From Thermomicrobiales bacterium (lineage in GTDB: Bacteria; Chloroflexota; Chloroflexia; Thermomicrobiales; CFX8): a stretch of 64,000 nucleotides of DNA. A model generated the notes under the pieces. The model saw only the letters and a program-made list of their open reading frames with translations. It ran no database searches and had not been told where the DNA came from. Positions within the stretch are counted from its first letter, which is position 1, and every line of letters begins with the position of its first letter. The translations under genes and the position numbers were made by a program. The DNA is taken from contig JAWKPC010000009.1 of the NCBI GenBank assembly GCA_041390865.1, positions 4,933 to 68,932 of the forward strand. The letters are read 5' to 3'. Positions 47,820 through 58,011 of the stretch are shown here, piece after piece.

Positions 47820-47999
47820 TGTCCTTGACTCTTTCTTTCACTTGAATTGATGCTGGAACTCTTCCCGTTCCGACCGCCAATCTTGTCAGGCTTCCCGAAA
47901 AGAGACATGATTAACATAGACGGCTTAACGGAAATTCGCTCATTAACGTCCCTATTGAATTGTCTCAATGGGATTCGTTGCAGCAATCTCAGTACGTGA

Positions 48000-48062
48000 C
48001 GGGGGCGCATGGGAGTCGAACCCACCCGAGAGGCTCGTCACCCCTCACAACGGTTTTGAAGG
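48000..48062 (-). tRNA. 3' fragment of a long-variable-arm tRNA (anticodon loop to discriminator); no 5' half present
   Basis: The minus strand reads cTTCAAAA-CCGTT-GTGAGGGGTGACGAGCCTCTCGG-GTGGG-TTCGACT-CCCAT-GCGCCCCC-G. This gives a canonical T-arm, a long variable arm and an acceptor 3' strand. The complementary GGGGGCGC 5' strand is absent from the next 400 nt. The loop can be read as anticodon UCA (Sec-like, with an 8-nt acceptor strand and G73) or CAA (Leu). Confidence 0.5.
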
Positions 48063-48168
48063 ATGGAATGTGGCTTCTAGGCAAGTCCGGCAATGTCCAT
48101 TTTGCCCGTAAACATCAAGAAACCTGTCTGAGCGTTTCCAGCAAAATCCAGCCATATCCATCGGCTAA

Positions 48169-48189
48169 GGTGTCAAATTAGGTGTCAAA
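48169..48189. repeat. Direct 9-mer repeat GGTGTCAAA x2 (12-nt register) about 110 nt from the tRNA fragment
   Basis: GGTGTCAAA occurs at 48169-48177 and 48181-48189. This is a candidate recombinase arm-type or regulator site. Confidence 0.3.
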
Positions 48190-48339
48190 ACCGGTCGCCT
48201 GAGTTGCTAGTGCGTCGACGAAAGCACTTCGACAAACGTCGATTGCGGCTACTTGAATTCCCATGCTGAATGGTTCGATATCGAACGAGACGGTTTGATC
48301 GGCTCGATCGGCATGCGGGTCGCAGTTGGACCAATATCG

Positions 48340-48367
48340 TTGACAGATCCTTCATTGATGCTAATAT
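48340..48367 (+). promoter_or_regulatory. Near-consensus sigma-70-type promoter for the Lrp-family gene
   Basis: TTGACA (48340-48345), a 16-nt spacer, then TAATAT (48362-48367). AAGGAGG is at 48388-48394 and the ATG at 48398. Confidence 0.5.
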
Positions 48368-48397
48368 CCGTCAACGAACCGTGCAACAAGGAGGAAT

Positions 48398-48940
48398 ATG
48401 ACGACCGAATCAACCATCGTGCTGGATGAGTTGGATCGTGCACTGATCGCTCTTCTTCAGGAAGATGCACGGGCGAGTTACCACGAACTCGGAACAGTGC
48501 TAGGTGTCTCGCCTTCAACGGCGCGAAGGCGCACCGAACGACTGATTGATGCTGATGTCATCAAGACCGTCGTTGTCCCGAACTGGCCGAAGCTGGGCTA
48601 CAGCTTCGTCGCCCTGGTCGGTATCTCGGTCCAGCTGCTCAAGCTACGTGAAGTCGGGCGCGGGCTCATCTCAATGGATGAGGTCAACTGGGTTGCCATG
48701 ACAACCGGAGCGTTCGACCTCTTTGCCCAGATAGTGCTGCCCCGTAATCAAGACATCACCAGTTTCATCACAGAACGCCTAGCGCCCATCGACGGTATAC
48801 GCAATGTTGAAACGCTGATGGTGCCGGAATTCGTGAAGTCGTTTGAAGAGTACAGGCTGCCGCTAGAACCTAATCCTCTTTATGTGCGTACATGCCAGAA
48901 ACAGGACCCGGGTCCTAACGGGCGCGTTCCAAGGGAATAG
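48398..48940 (+). CDS. Lrp/AsnC-family transcriptional regulator
   Basis: Intact 180 aa. The HTH is LDELDRALIALLQEDARASYHELGTVLGVSPSTARRRTERL, followed by a RAM-like domain. Confidence 0.85.
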   Translation: MTTESTIVLDELDRALIALLQEDARASYHELGTVLGVSPSTARRRTERLIDADVIKTVVVPNWPKLGYSFVALVGISVQLLKLREVGRGLISMDEVNWVAMTTGAFDLFAQIVLPRNQDITSFITERLAPIDGIRNVETLMVPEFVKSFEEYRLPLEPNPLYVRTCQKQDPGPNGRVPRE

Positions 48941-49032
48941 GAGGGCGTATGGCTAGGTGCCGGTAGTCTGGCCGTTGGTCAGTCGCGACGCCGCACAACG
49001 TTGGGCAACTTCTTCTTGATGAGGGGGAAATA

Positions 49033-50831
49033 ATGGTAGATGAACGACAAGTTTCACTGACGAAGGCTCTAATGGCGCACTTTGAGTCGCTTGGAGTAAG
49101 CCGACGTCACTTTCTGAAACTACTTGCAACGGCCGGTGCAGGCGCCAGTCTCTCGGCACTCATTGTCGCTTGCGGCGGCGATGATGACGATGACGATACA
49201 TCTGGCGGTGGTGACGAGGAACCAACAGCAGCTAGTGGTGGTGCGGAACCGACCGCTACTTCTGCTGAGGAGGAAGAAGAGGAATCGGAGGACGAGCCTA
49301 CGGCAACAACTGAAGCCTCCGGAGGCGCTGGTGGCGGTGGTGAAACCGGTGTGCTCGTCGCAGCCAGTGGCCAGGACATTTCCAACCTCGACCCGCATAC
49401 CGGTCACGATTACTCTATCGCCAGCACGCAGAAGTCCGTCTATGACACCCTGCTGCGCTATCAGGGCAACCCGCCGGAACTTGAGCATGTTCTCGCGACC
49501 GATTATGAAGCGAACGAAGACGCGACTGAGTGGACGTTTACACTCGATGACCGCGCAGTTTTCCACGATGGTACACCGGTTACCGCTGATGACATCGTCT
49601 ATAACGTTGGTCGCTTGATTCGCAAGAACAAGGGACCGGCTTGGATGTTTACCAACTTCCTGGAGGAGGATGGCGCAGAGGCGATCGACGAACACACGGT
49701 GAAGCTCACGCTCACCTCGCCTTCTCGCCGCTGCCATTGATACTGCCCTGGCTCTTCATCGTCAACCAAAAAGTGGTTGCGGAACATGAGACCGATGGTG
49801 ATGAAGGTGAAGGCTGGTTGGTCGATCACGAAGCTGGCTCCGGCCCCTTCACTATTAAGAGCTGGAACGTTGGCGATTCTTACGAATTCGAAGCGCTGCC
49901 GGACTACTGGTGGGGTTGGCCCGAAGAAGGGCGGCTGTCTGGCTATATCTGGAGAATCATCCGCGAATCTTCCTCGGCTCGACTGGCGCTGCTAAGTGGT
50001 GACGTCCATATGGCATTCGACCTCGGCCCTGAAGATGTTGGTGCAATGCTTGATGAGCCGGGGTTCATCGTCAACGAGGAGCAGGGTCTCGGCGTCTTCG
50101 CCCTTAAACTCAATAACCAGGCTGGACCCACAGCGGACATCAACGTTCGCAAGGCCATAAGCTACGCAATGGACTACGAAGCGGTCGTCGATGCCCTAAA
50201 TGGCCGAGCGACCCTACTTGAAGGCCCGTTGCCGAACCTAGGGGAATACAACAATCCGAATCTGGATCTCTATCGATTCGACCTAGACAAAGCGAAGGAG
50301 GCGCTTGCGGCTAGCCCAGAGTATGCCGATGGTGGCTTTGAACTCGAATATGTCTACGTCACTGGGCTCCAGATTGAAGAGCAGATCGGCCTAATTCTGC
50401 TCGATGCCCTCTCCGAGCTGAATATCACCTTGAATCTCCAGCCGCTGGTCTGGCCGGATATGGTCGCGCGGGCAACAGAGGTTGAAACTGCCCCACATAT
50501 CATGGCGGTCTACTCGGGTACGAGCTACGGCGACCCGGACAACTTCCTCTGGCAGGCCTATCACTCTAGCCAGGCGGGCTTCTGGGCGGCAGCCTCACAT
50601 TACATGAACCCGGACTTCGACAAGTTGCTCGAAGACGCGCGAGCGACACCGGACCATGACGAGCGCGTGCAGCTTTACCATCAAGCACAAGAGATCCTAG
50701 TCAACGACGCCGTTGAAGTCTGGATTCAGAGTGAATTCTCGGACACGACCCGCAGTGAGCGAGTCGGAGGCTACGTCTTTACACCGATCATGGGTTTCTA
50801 CCTGCAACCGCTCTGGCTGAATCCAGAATAG
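49033..50831 (+). pseudogene. ABC substrate-binding lipoprotein, family 5, one frameshift near 49720
   Basis: It has TAT-like SRRHFLK, a lipobox LIVAC and an acidic tether. ORF 49033..49740 ends ..LTLTSPSRRCH*, while the continuation ..FSPLPLILPWLFIVNQKVV.. is in ORF 49641..50831. Confidence 0.8.
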
Positions 50832-50960
50832 GCTGCGTGTATAGCAGGAGATGAATGTCATCTGACCCTGAATGCTACCGGCCCGCCACTGATTCGCGGG
50901 CCGGTATGCAGAAAATGTCATGGACACTCATCACCATGATAATCATGGAATGGATGCCAG

Positions 50961-51973
50961 ATGAATCTTGGCAGGTACATTCTCAGACGACTGATCATGC
51001 TCATCCCGGTGATCTTCGGGCTTACCATCCTCACCTTCACCCTGACCAATATCGTCCCCGGAGACCCCGCCATCTTAGCGGCCGGCCCACAGGCTAACGC
51101 CGAGATGGTCCAGCAGATTCGAGAAGAGTTTGGTCTCGATGATCCGTTGCCCGTGCAGTATGGCAACTACATCAAAGGGCTATTTGAAGGTGACTGGGGG
51201 CGCTCGATTCTTTCACGCCGTCCGGTTACCGCAGACCTGCGTGTTTACTGGCCGGCGACGCTGGAGCTGGTACTTGCCGCGATGACGATCGCCATAATCA
51301 TTGGCGTCCCTCTCGGTATTATCGCGGCGGTCAAGCACGACGAATGGCCAGACCATGCCTCACGAATCTACGCGCTGATGGGCGTCAGTCTGCCGGCATT
51401 CTGGTTAGCGCTTCTGCTGCAATGGTTCGTCGCCCTCCGCTTCGGCGTATTGCCGGTTGGGGGTCGTACCGACGTTCAGGTTGGCGCGCCTGAACACGTG
51501 ACCGGGATGTACATCCTCGACAGTATCCTGACGGCGAACTGGGCAGCACTAGAAGCATCGCTGCTTCATATCGCTTTGCCAGCCTTTACCCTGTCGATGG
51601 GTGCGCTAGCGACAATCACTCGCATGACGCGCTCGAGTATGCTGGAAGTGCTCAGCCAGGACTATATCCGAACGGCGCGTGCCAAAGGACTCGCGGAACG
51701 GCGCGTGCTGGTGCGCCACGCGCTGCGCAATGCTTCCATGCCAACCCTGACGATGATTGGCCTGTCACTTGGCTGGCTGATGGGTGGCTCGGTTCTGGTT
51801 GAAACGATCTTCGACTGGCCAGGGTTGGGCTCTACGCCGTGAACTCGGCATTGACTCTCGACTTCATGCCGATTATGGGAATCGCGCTGGTCTATGGCGT
51901 TGTGTTTAGTCTGATCAATCTGACCGTTGACGTGCTGTACGGCTTCGTTGATCCGCGCATCCGGTTCTCCTGA
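50961..51973 (+). pseudogene. ABC permease (DppB-like), frameshift near 51830
   Basis: ORF 50961..51842 ends ..IFDWPGLGSTP*. The conserved tail ..LYAVNSALTLDFMPIMGIALVYGVVFSLINLTVDVLYGFVDPRIRFS* is in another frame and ends at 51973. Confidence 0.8.
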
Positions 51974-51996
51974 GTCCGTTTGGAGGGATTCTATTC

Positions 51997-52944
51997 ATGG
52001 TTTCCGATCGAGCGCCAACAACGGAACAGGGGACAACCGCAGCGCCGGGCGAGGGGCTCGCCCAAGCGTCCGAACTCGGCACAGGCCGTACCGGCACGAC
52101 CGAATGGACTCGGCGCTGGCGACGGTTCAAGCGCAATCGACTCTCCGTCGTTGGTGCAGGTGTGATTGTGTTCCTGGCGATTATGGCCGTCGTCGGTCCC
52201 TTCGTCGCGCCCTACCCGGAAGATGCAACCGGAGCGGTCGATATCCGCAATCGCCTTCAAGCGCCAAGCAGCGACCACTGGTTTGGCACGGACGAGGTTG
52301 GACGGGATATTCTGACTCGAATCCTGGTCGGCTCGCGGCTCTCTCTGGGTGCCGGTTTCGTCGTGCTCGTTGTCGCAACAACGATCGGGACGATCCTCGG
52401 CGTCACGTCGGGCTTCTTTGGTGGTAAGGTCGATACGATTATCCAGCGGATAACCGACGTCTTCCTGACCGTACCGGGGCTTATTCTTGCAATGGCCGTC
52501 TCAGCGGCCCTTGGCCCTAGCCTCATCAACGTCGTTCTTGCGACTCTCTAGTGTGGTGGCCCGGCTATAGCCGTCTTTCGCGTGGTGAGGTGTTGCGGGC
52601 AAAGGAAGAGGTCTACGTCGAAGCGGCACGAGCAATCGGTGCTCCACAGCGCCGCATCGTGTCCCGGCATGTGATTCCGAATATCACGACACCGATCCTC
52701 GTCAAGTCCTCAATGGATATCGGCTTCGCTGTCCTGACGCTTGCGGCGTTGGGATTCATCGGACTTGGTGCCCAGCCGCCTACACCGGACTGGGGGCAAG
52801 ATGATCGCCGACGGCCGGCGCTATCTGCCAGAGTCTTGGTGGCTCACGCTCTTCCCCGGCATCGCAATCTTCCTGACGGTCTTTGCCTTCAACCTGCTCG
52901 GTGACGGTATCCGTGACGTATTCGACCCGCGTTCGCGTGACTGA
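51997..52944 (+). pseudogene. ABC permease (DppC-like), 2 frameshifts
   Basis: Three consecutive ORFs in different frames cover it (51997..52551, 52551..52904, 52741..52944), ending ..[14 protein letters not shown]. Confidence 0.8.
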
Positions 52945-52961
52945 GCGATAGAGAGGGAAGC

Positions 52962-54049
52962 ATGGCGCGCGACCTTGGTCCCGACGAGATCGAAGACATC
53001 GCCATCGGTGCGGCGGTGCTCGGCAGTGGCGGAGGTGGTGATCCCTTCATCGGCAAGCTGATGACACTCCAGTCCATCGAGCAGCACGGTCCGGTGAAGC
53101 TGGTGACGACTGACGAGCTGCCGCCGGATGGATTAGTCGTACCAGCTGCGATGATGGGGGCTCCGACGGTCGTCGTCGAGAAGATCCCGAACGGCGAAGA
53201 GCTCGGCGCGGCGTTCGATGCTCTGAGCAGTTACCTGGGCCAGGAGATCGTCGCGATCGTTCCAATTGAAGCTGGTGGACTCAACTCGATGCTGCCATTG
53301 GCGCTCTCGGCAACGCTCGGCTTGCCCGCGCTCGACCTTGACGGTATGGGGCGTGCATTTCCGGAACTCCAGATGGTGACCTTCCATCTCCACGGCATTT
53401 CCGCGACACCGATGGTCATCGCCGACGAGAAGGGCAATCAGTCACTACTTCAGACCGTCGACAACGTTTGGACCGAACGGCTGGCTCGAACACTGACGGT
53501 CCAGATGGGCGGCTCGACGATGATCGCGATCTACCCGATGACGGTCGCACAGGCTGCCGAATACGGGATTCATGGGACGATCACGCTCGCGGAGCGGTTG
53601 GGAGCTGTGCTGCGAGAATCGCGTCGCGCCGACGGTCACCAGTTGACGCACTTGTCGAAGCCGGAGGTGGTGTCAAGCTCTTCACGGGCAAGATCATCGA
53701 TGTTGAGCGGCGCACTGAAGGGGGCTTCGTACGAGGTGATGTCCAGCTTGATGGTATCGAAGGCTACTCTGGCCACCGCCTCAGTGTCTCGTTTCAGAAT
53801 GAGAATCTGGCGGCGACGCTCGACAACGAGGTAATCGCCTCTGTTCCGGATCTGATCGTGTTACTCGACCAGGAGACCGGCCTCCCGGTGACAACGGAAG
53901 CTCTCCATTACGGCTTGCGCATTGTCGTTGTGGCCTTTCCGTGTGCCGAACAGTGGCGAACTGAAGCAGGACTGGAGGTCTGTGGACCGAAATACTTCGG
54001 CTACGACATCGAATATCGACCGATAGAGACAATTCAACTGCCCTGGTAA
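52962..54049 (+). pseudogene. DUF917-family protein (paralogue 1), one frameshift near 53635
   Basis: GAAVLGSGGGGDPFIG..PIEAGGLNS..LDLDGMGRAFPELQM are in ORF 52962..53834. The C-terminal half ..KLFTGKIIDVERRTEGGFVRG..GPKYFGYDIEYRPIE.. is in ORF 53468..54049. Confidence 0.8.
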
Positions 54050-54076
54050 CGATGGGTGGGAGGGGAAGAACACAGG

Positions 54077-55645
54077 ATGAATCTGCGCCTGGGAATTGAT
54101 GTTGGTGGAACGAACACGGACGCCGTCGTGCTCGACGAGCAGTCCAACCTACTGGCCAGCTTCAAATCGCCGACGACCGCCGATGTGACCGGTGGCATAC
54201 GCAATGCGCTTTCGGGCCTCGTCGAGGGGCACCCGGAGCTCGATCTCGGCTCGATCAACTACGCGATGCTCGGAACGACGCACTGTACCAACGCGATTCT
54301 CGAACGTCGCAATCTCAATCAGGTCGGTATCGTCCGCATTGGCGCGCCGGCTACGCTCGCGATCCTGCCATTTGTCGGCTGGCCAGAGGATCTCAAGGAG
54401 GCCATCGGTGGGCACTATGCCGTCGTCGAAGGCGGTCACGAATACGACGGACGCGAAATTCGCCCACTCGGTGAAGAGGCAATCCGCGAGGCTGCCGAAT
54501 CCTTTAAGGGAAAGGTTGATTCAGTAGCGGTCGTCAGCGTCTTCTCGCCGGTCGATGCATCGCACGAAGAGCGGGCGGCGGAGATCCTAACCGAAGTCCT
54601 CGGTGATCTGCCGATGACTCACTCCTACGAGATCGGTAGTATCGGCCTGCTGGAGCGGGAAAACGCGTCGATCCTGAACGCCGCCGTCGTCAATGCCGCC
54701 AATATCGCTGCCCGCGGCTTTGAGAATGCGCTGAAGGAGCATGGCATCCACGCCGATATGTTCTTCAGCCAGAACGACGGAACGTTGATGGCGCTGGAAT
54801 ATGCCACCCGCTACCCGATCCTGACGGTCGCCAGCGGTCCGGCTAACTCAATCCGTGGCGCGGCGTTTCTGTCGCGGCTTGAAGACGCAATCGTTGTCGA
54901 CGTCGGCGGTACGTCGACCGACATCGGCATCTTGGTCAAAGGCTTCCCGCGGGAGTCATCGATTGCCGTCGATATCGGCGGGGTGCGAACGAATTTCCGT
55001 ATGCCGGACCTGATCTCGATCGCTCTCGGAGGCGGTACGCGCGTGCATACAAACGGAGACCTCCGCATCGGGCCTGACAGTGTCGGCTACCGCATCACGG
55101 AGGAGGCGCTCGTCTTCGGTGGCAATACGCTGACTCTCTCAGACATCGCAGTGGCCGACGGTCGGGCCTCGATGGGTGATCGATCCGCGCTGGATGCGGT
55201 GAATTCGGAGCTCATTGGGCAGGTGATCGACTGGATTCGGGTGTCCTGCGAAGCGACGATCGATCGGATGAAGACGAGCGCTGATCCTATGCCGGTCGTA
55301 CTCGTCGGAGGAGGTAGCGTCGTTCTTCCTACCGAACTAGCTGGGGCATCGACCGTCAACCGTCCCGAAAACTATGGCGTTGCCAATGCCATTGGGGCGG
55401 CCATCGCGCAGTGCAGTGGCGAAATCGAACGCATATTCTCCCTGGATGAATATACCCGTGACGAGGCGATGGAGATGGCCCGCCAGATGGCTCACGATGA
55501 AGCGGTCCGTGCCGGCGCAGATCCATCGACGGTCGAAATTGTCGATGTCCATGAGGTCCCGCTTGCCTACCTGCCCGGGAACGCAACGCGCATTCGGGTG
55601 CGAGCCGCCGGAGATCTCGCCCTGGTGACGGCTGCGGCAGGTTAG
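54077..55645 (+). CDS. hydantoinase/oxoprolinase-family protein (short, HyuA-like, DUF917-associated type)
   Basis: Intact. It starts MNLRLGIDVGGTNTDAVVLDE.. (ATG 54077 after GGGAGGGG) and has a second ASKHA-like motif ..AIVVDVGGTSTDIGI... Confidence 0.85.
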   Translation: MNLRLGIDVGGTNTDAVVLDEQSNLLASFKSPTTADVTGGIRNALSGLVEGHPELDLGSINYAMLGTTHCTNAILERRNLNQVGIVRIGAPATLAILPFVGWPEDLKEAIGGHYAVVEGGHEYDGREIRPLGEEAIREAAESFKGKVDSVAVVSVFSPVDASHEERAAEILTEVLGDLPMTHSYEIGSIGLLERENASILNAAVVNAANIAARGFENALKEHGIHADMFFSQNDGTLMALEYATRYPILTVASGPANSIRGAAFLSRLEDAIVVDVGGTSTDIGILVKGFPRESSIAVDIGGVRTNFRMPDLISIALGGGTRVHTNGDLRIGPDSVGYRITEEALVFGGNTLTLSDIAVADGRASMGDRSALDAVNSELIGQVIDWIRVSCEATIDRMKTSADPMPVVLVGGGSVVLPTELAGASTVNRPENYGVANAIGAAIAQCSGEIERIFSLDEYTRDEAMEMARQMAHDEAVRAGADPSTVEIVDVHEVPLAYLPGNATRIRVRAAGDLALVTAAAG

Positions 55646-55691
55646 GAAGCAGTCCTCCGTCTCAATGTCTGCTTGAAGAGGGGAACACAGT

Positions 55692-56731
55692 ATGGAATTT
55701 CTCATCGGCACCGAGATGCGGGATGAGTATTTGTCATTCGAAGTTGCTCACGCCGCGCGGAAGATGGTTGAAGAGGTCATGCCGGTGAAGGCCGGCGAAA
55801 ATGTTGTTATCTCAGCCGACACGAGCAGTGACGGGCGAGTCGTCCAGGCGACTGCCGAAGCGGTCTATGCGCTTGGCGCCCATCCAGTCGTGATCTGGTA
55901 CGAAACGCGACCCGATGCTCAGATGGAGCCACCAGGACCGGTTGCGGCCGCCCTGAAGGCTGCAGATGTCTGGTTTGAATTTGGTGTCCAGTACATCCTC
56001 TACACGGATGCGCGACGTGAAGCCACGGAGGCAGGCTGTCGACATGCCTGCTATGGCGGCATGGATGTCGAGATGTTGGTGCGGACGATCGGTCGGGTTG
56101 ACCAGGACGCCATGGGTGAGCTTGGCCGTCGCCTGCGAGAACTTTGCATGGCAGGTGAGGTAGTACGGATTACCGACACGAACGGCACTGATCTAACCTG
56201 CCCGATCGACAAGAACCCACCTTCCTATCTCGGCGGCTCAAGGCAAGATGGTGGCGGCTATTCCCAGATGCTTGGAGGTCAGTCAGGCTTCTCAGCAAAG
56301 ATCGATGAGGTCAACGGGGTAATGGTCTTTGACGGCGCGCTGTGGCCGCCAGCCGAGATCGGCCCGCTCAAGGAGCCGGTGAAGTTGACCGTCGAGAACG
56401 GCTATGTGACCAGTATCGAAGGCGGGCCGGAAGCGCCGATCTTCGAACGATGGATGGCGCATTTGGCAACCGGCAGATGTACCGCATCGCCCACTTCTCA
56501 TTTGGTTTCAATCCCGGAGTCAAGCGCATCAGTGGTCGTATCGTCGAGGATGAGCGAGTCTTCGGTTGTATGGACATCGGCATCGGGCCACAGAACCTTG
56601 GAGCGCCCAGTCACACCGACGGCATCATTCTGCGTCCGACGCTGACGGTCGACGGCGTTGAGATCGAACGCGACGGCGTGTATGTCGAGCCATCATTGGT
56701 CGAAATCTGTGAGCGCCTCGGCGTCGCCTGA
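55692..56731 (+). pseudogene. M29 / aminopeptidase-T-like (NicX-like) protein, one frameshift near 56465
   Basis: ORF 55692..56645 carries the N-terminal two-thirds. The conserved tail ..YRIAHFSFGFNPG..ERVFGCMDIGIG..HTDGIILRPTLTVDG.. is in ORF 56342..56731. The family call is from overall pattern only. Confidence 0.6.
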
Positions 56732-56766
56732 AGAGGGCCGGCTCACGCAGCTGAAGGAGTGAGGCA

Positions 56767-58011
56767 ATGGCGGCTAGCGTATTGACAAAGGAAGACCTCT
56801 GGGATCTCGTCGTTGGCGGTAGCGCGATTGCGACAGGCGGTGGAGGGACCGGCCCCACACGCGAACAATTCGACGCCTACGTCGATCCGATTCTCGAAAG
56901 CGGTGCACAGCCGTCCCTGCTCGATCCAGGCGAGCTCGACGACGATGCGATGGTGTACATGGAAGTCGGGGCTGGTGGTGGCGTCACCCGGGCTGATCGG
57001 GAGCGCTACCTATCTCCAGGTATCGCTGGTTGGTGGCGGAGAGACATCAATCGGACACAGTGGATTCGCGACCGGCTGGATGAGTATGACAATCTCTATC
57101 CAGTGGGTAGCTGGGCCGAACCGCCGGACGAGGGCTGGAACGAACAGATCGACCAGCGGATGGCCGAGCTGCACGGTGCCGAACCCGATGCCCATCTGAT
57201 CTTCGAAATCGGTCCGAATGTCTTCCGCTCGATGCTCGCGGCAGCGCAAAAGGGTAATCCGCTGATTGACGCGGACATCGCGGGCTACCGTGCAGTCCCG
57301 GAAGTATCGCTCTGTTCCTTCAACATCCACGGTGTACCGGCCCAACCGGTTCTCTTTGCGTCAGCCTGGGGCGATGTCATCGTGCTCGAACGGGTTATCT
57401 CCTGGCAACGGATGGAGGACATCGGGCGCCATCTCGCGGTCGTTAGTGGTGGCGGCGTGCGTGGATTGATGGCGTTCGACGGCGAAACCGTACGCGAGAA
57501 GACGTTCAGTGGAACCGTCTCGAAAGCGCTCGAAGTCGGGCGGGCGATCCGTGCCGCGAGAGAATCCGGTCGTGACGTCGCCCAAGCAGTAGCAGATATA
57601 ACGGATGGTCACGTGCTCTTCCGGGGCACGGTGCTGGCAAGGCTCAACGAGGATCACACCGCGTTCATCTGGGGTACCGAACGGATTCTCGGCACCGGCG
57701 AGTGGAAGGGCCAGACGTTCAAGATCTGGTACAAGAACGAGAATCACATGAGCTGGATCGATGATGCTCCATTCGTGATGTCACCGGACTTGATTACGGT
57801 GATCGATCCAGAAACTGGCTACGGGCTCTCGAACTTCGACAGTCCGGCGTGGGACTATGGTCGTGAGGTGGCGGTGCTCGGGGCCCCATGTCACCCGCTC
57901 TGGAGGAGCGAGCGCGGCTTACGCATATTCCATCCAGCCCGCTGGGGATTCGCCTGCGACTACACGCCAATCGACGAGGCGGTGGCGAAGGTCCAGGGCG
58001 GTAGCGGATGA
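56767..58011 (+). CDS. divergent DUF917-like protein (paralogue 2)
   Basis: Intact 414 aa with GGSAIATGGGGTGP, ..IFEIGPNVFRS..IDADIAGYRAVPE.. and a tail ..RIFHPARWGFACDYTPI. Same layout as DUF917 but with insertions. Confidence 0.7.
   Translation: MAASVLTKEDLWDLVVGGSAIATGGGGTGPTREQFDAYVDPILESGAQPSLLDPGELDDDAMVYMEVGAGGGVTRADRERYLSPGIAGWWRRDINRTQWIRDRLDEYDNLYPVGSWAEPPDEGWNEQIDQRMAELHGAEPDAHLIFEIGPNVFRSMLAAAQKGNPLIDADIAGYRAVPEVSLCSFNIHGVPAQPVLFASAWGDVIVLERVISWQRMEDIGRHLAVVSGGGVRGLMAFDGETVREKTFSGTVSKALEVGRAIRAARESGRDVAQAVADITDGHVLFRGTVLARLNEDHTAFIWGTERILGTGEWKGQTFKIWYKNENHMSWIDDAPFVMSPDLITVIDPETGYGLSNFDSPAWDYGREVAVLGAPCHPLWRSERGLRIFHPARWGFACDYTPIDEAVAKVQGGSG

Noticed and set aside
48000-48095. 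Possible complete tRNA (Leu, Sec or Ser type) on the minus strand.
   Set aside because: No acceptor 5' strand (GGGGGCGC) or D-arm can be found upstream. The sequence 5' of the anticodon loop cannot pair with the 3' anticodon-stem strand. Only a 3' fragment is supported.
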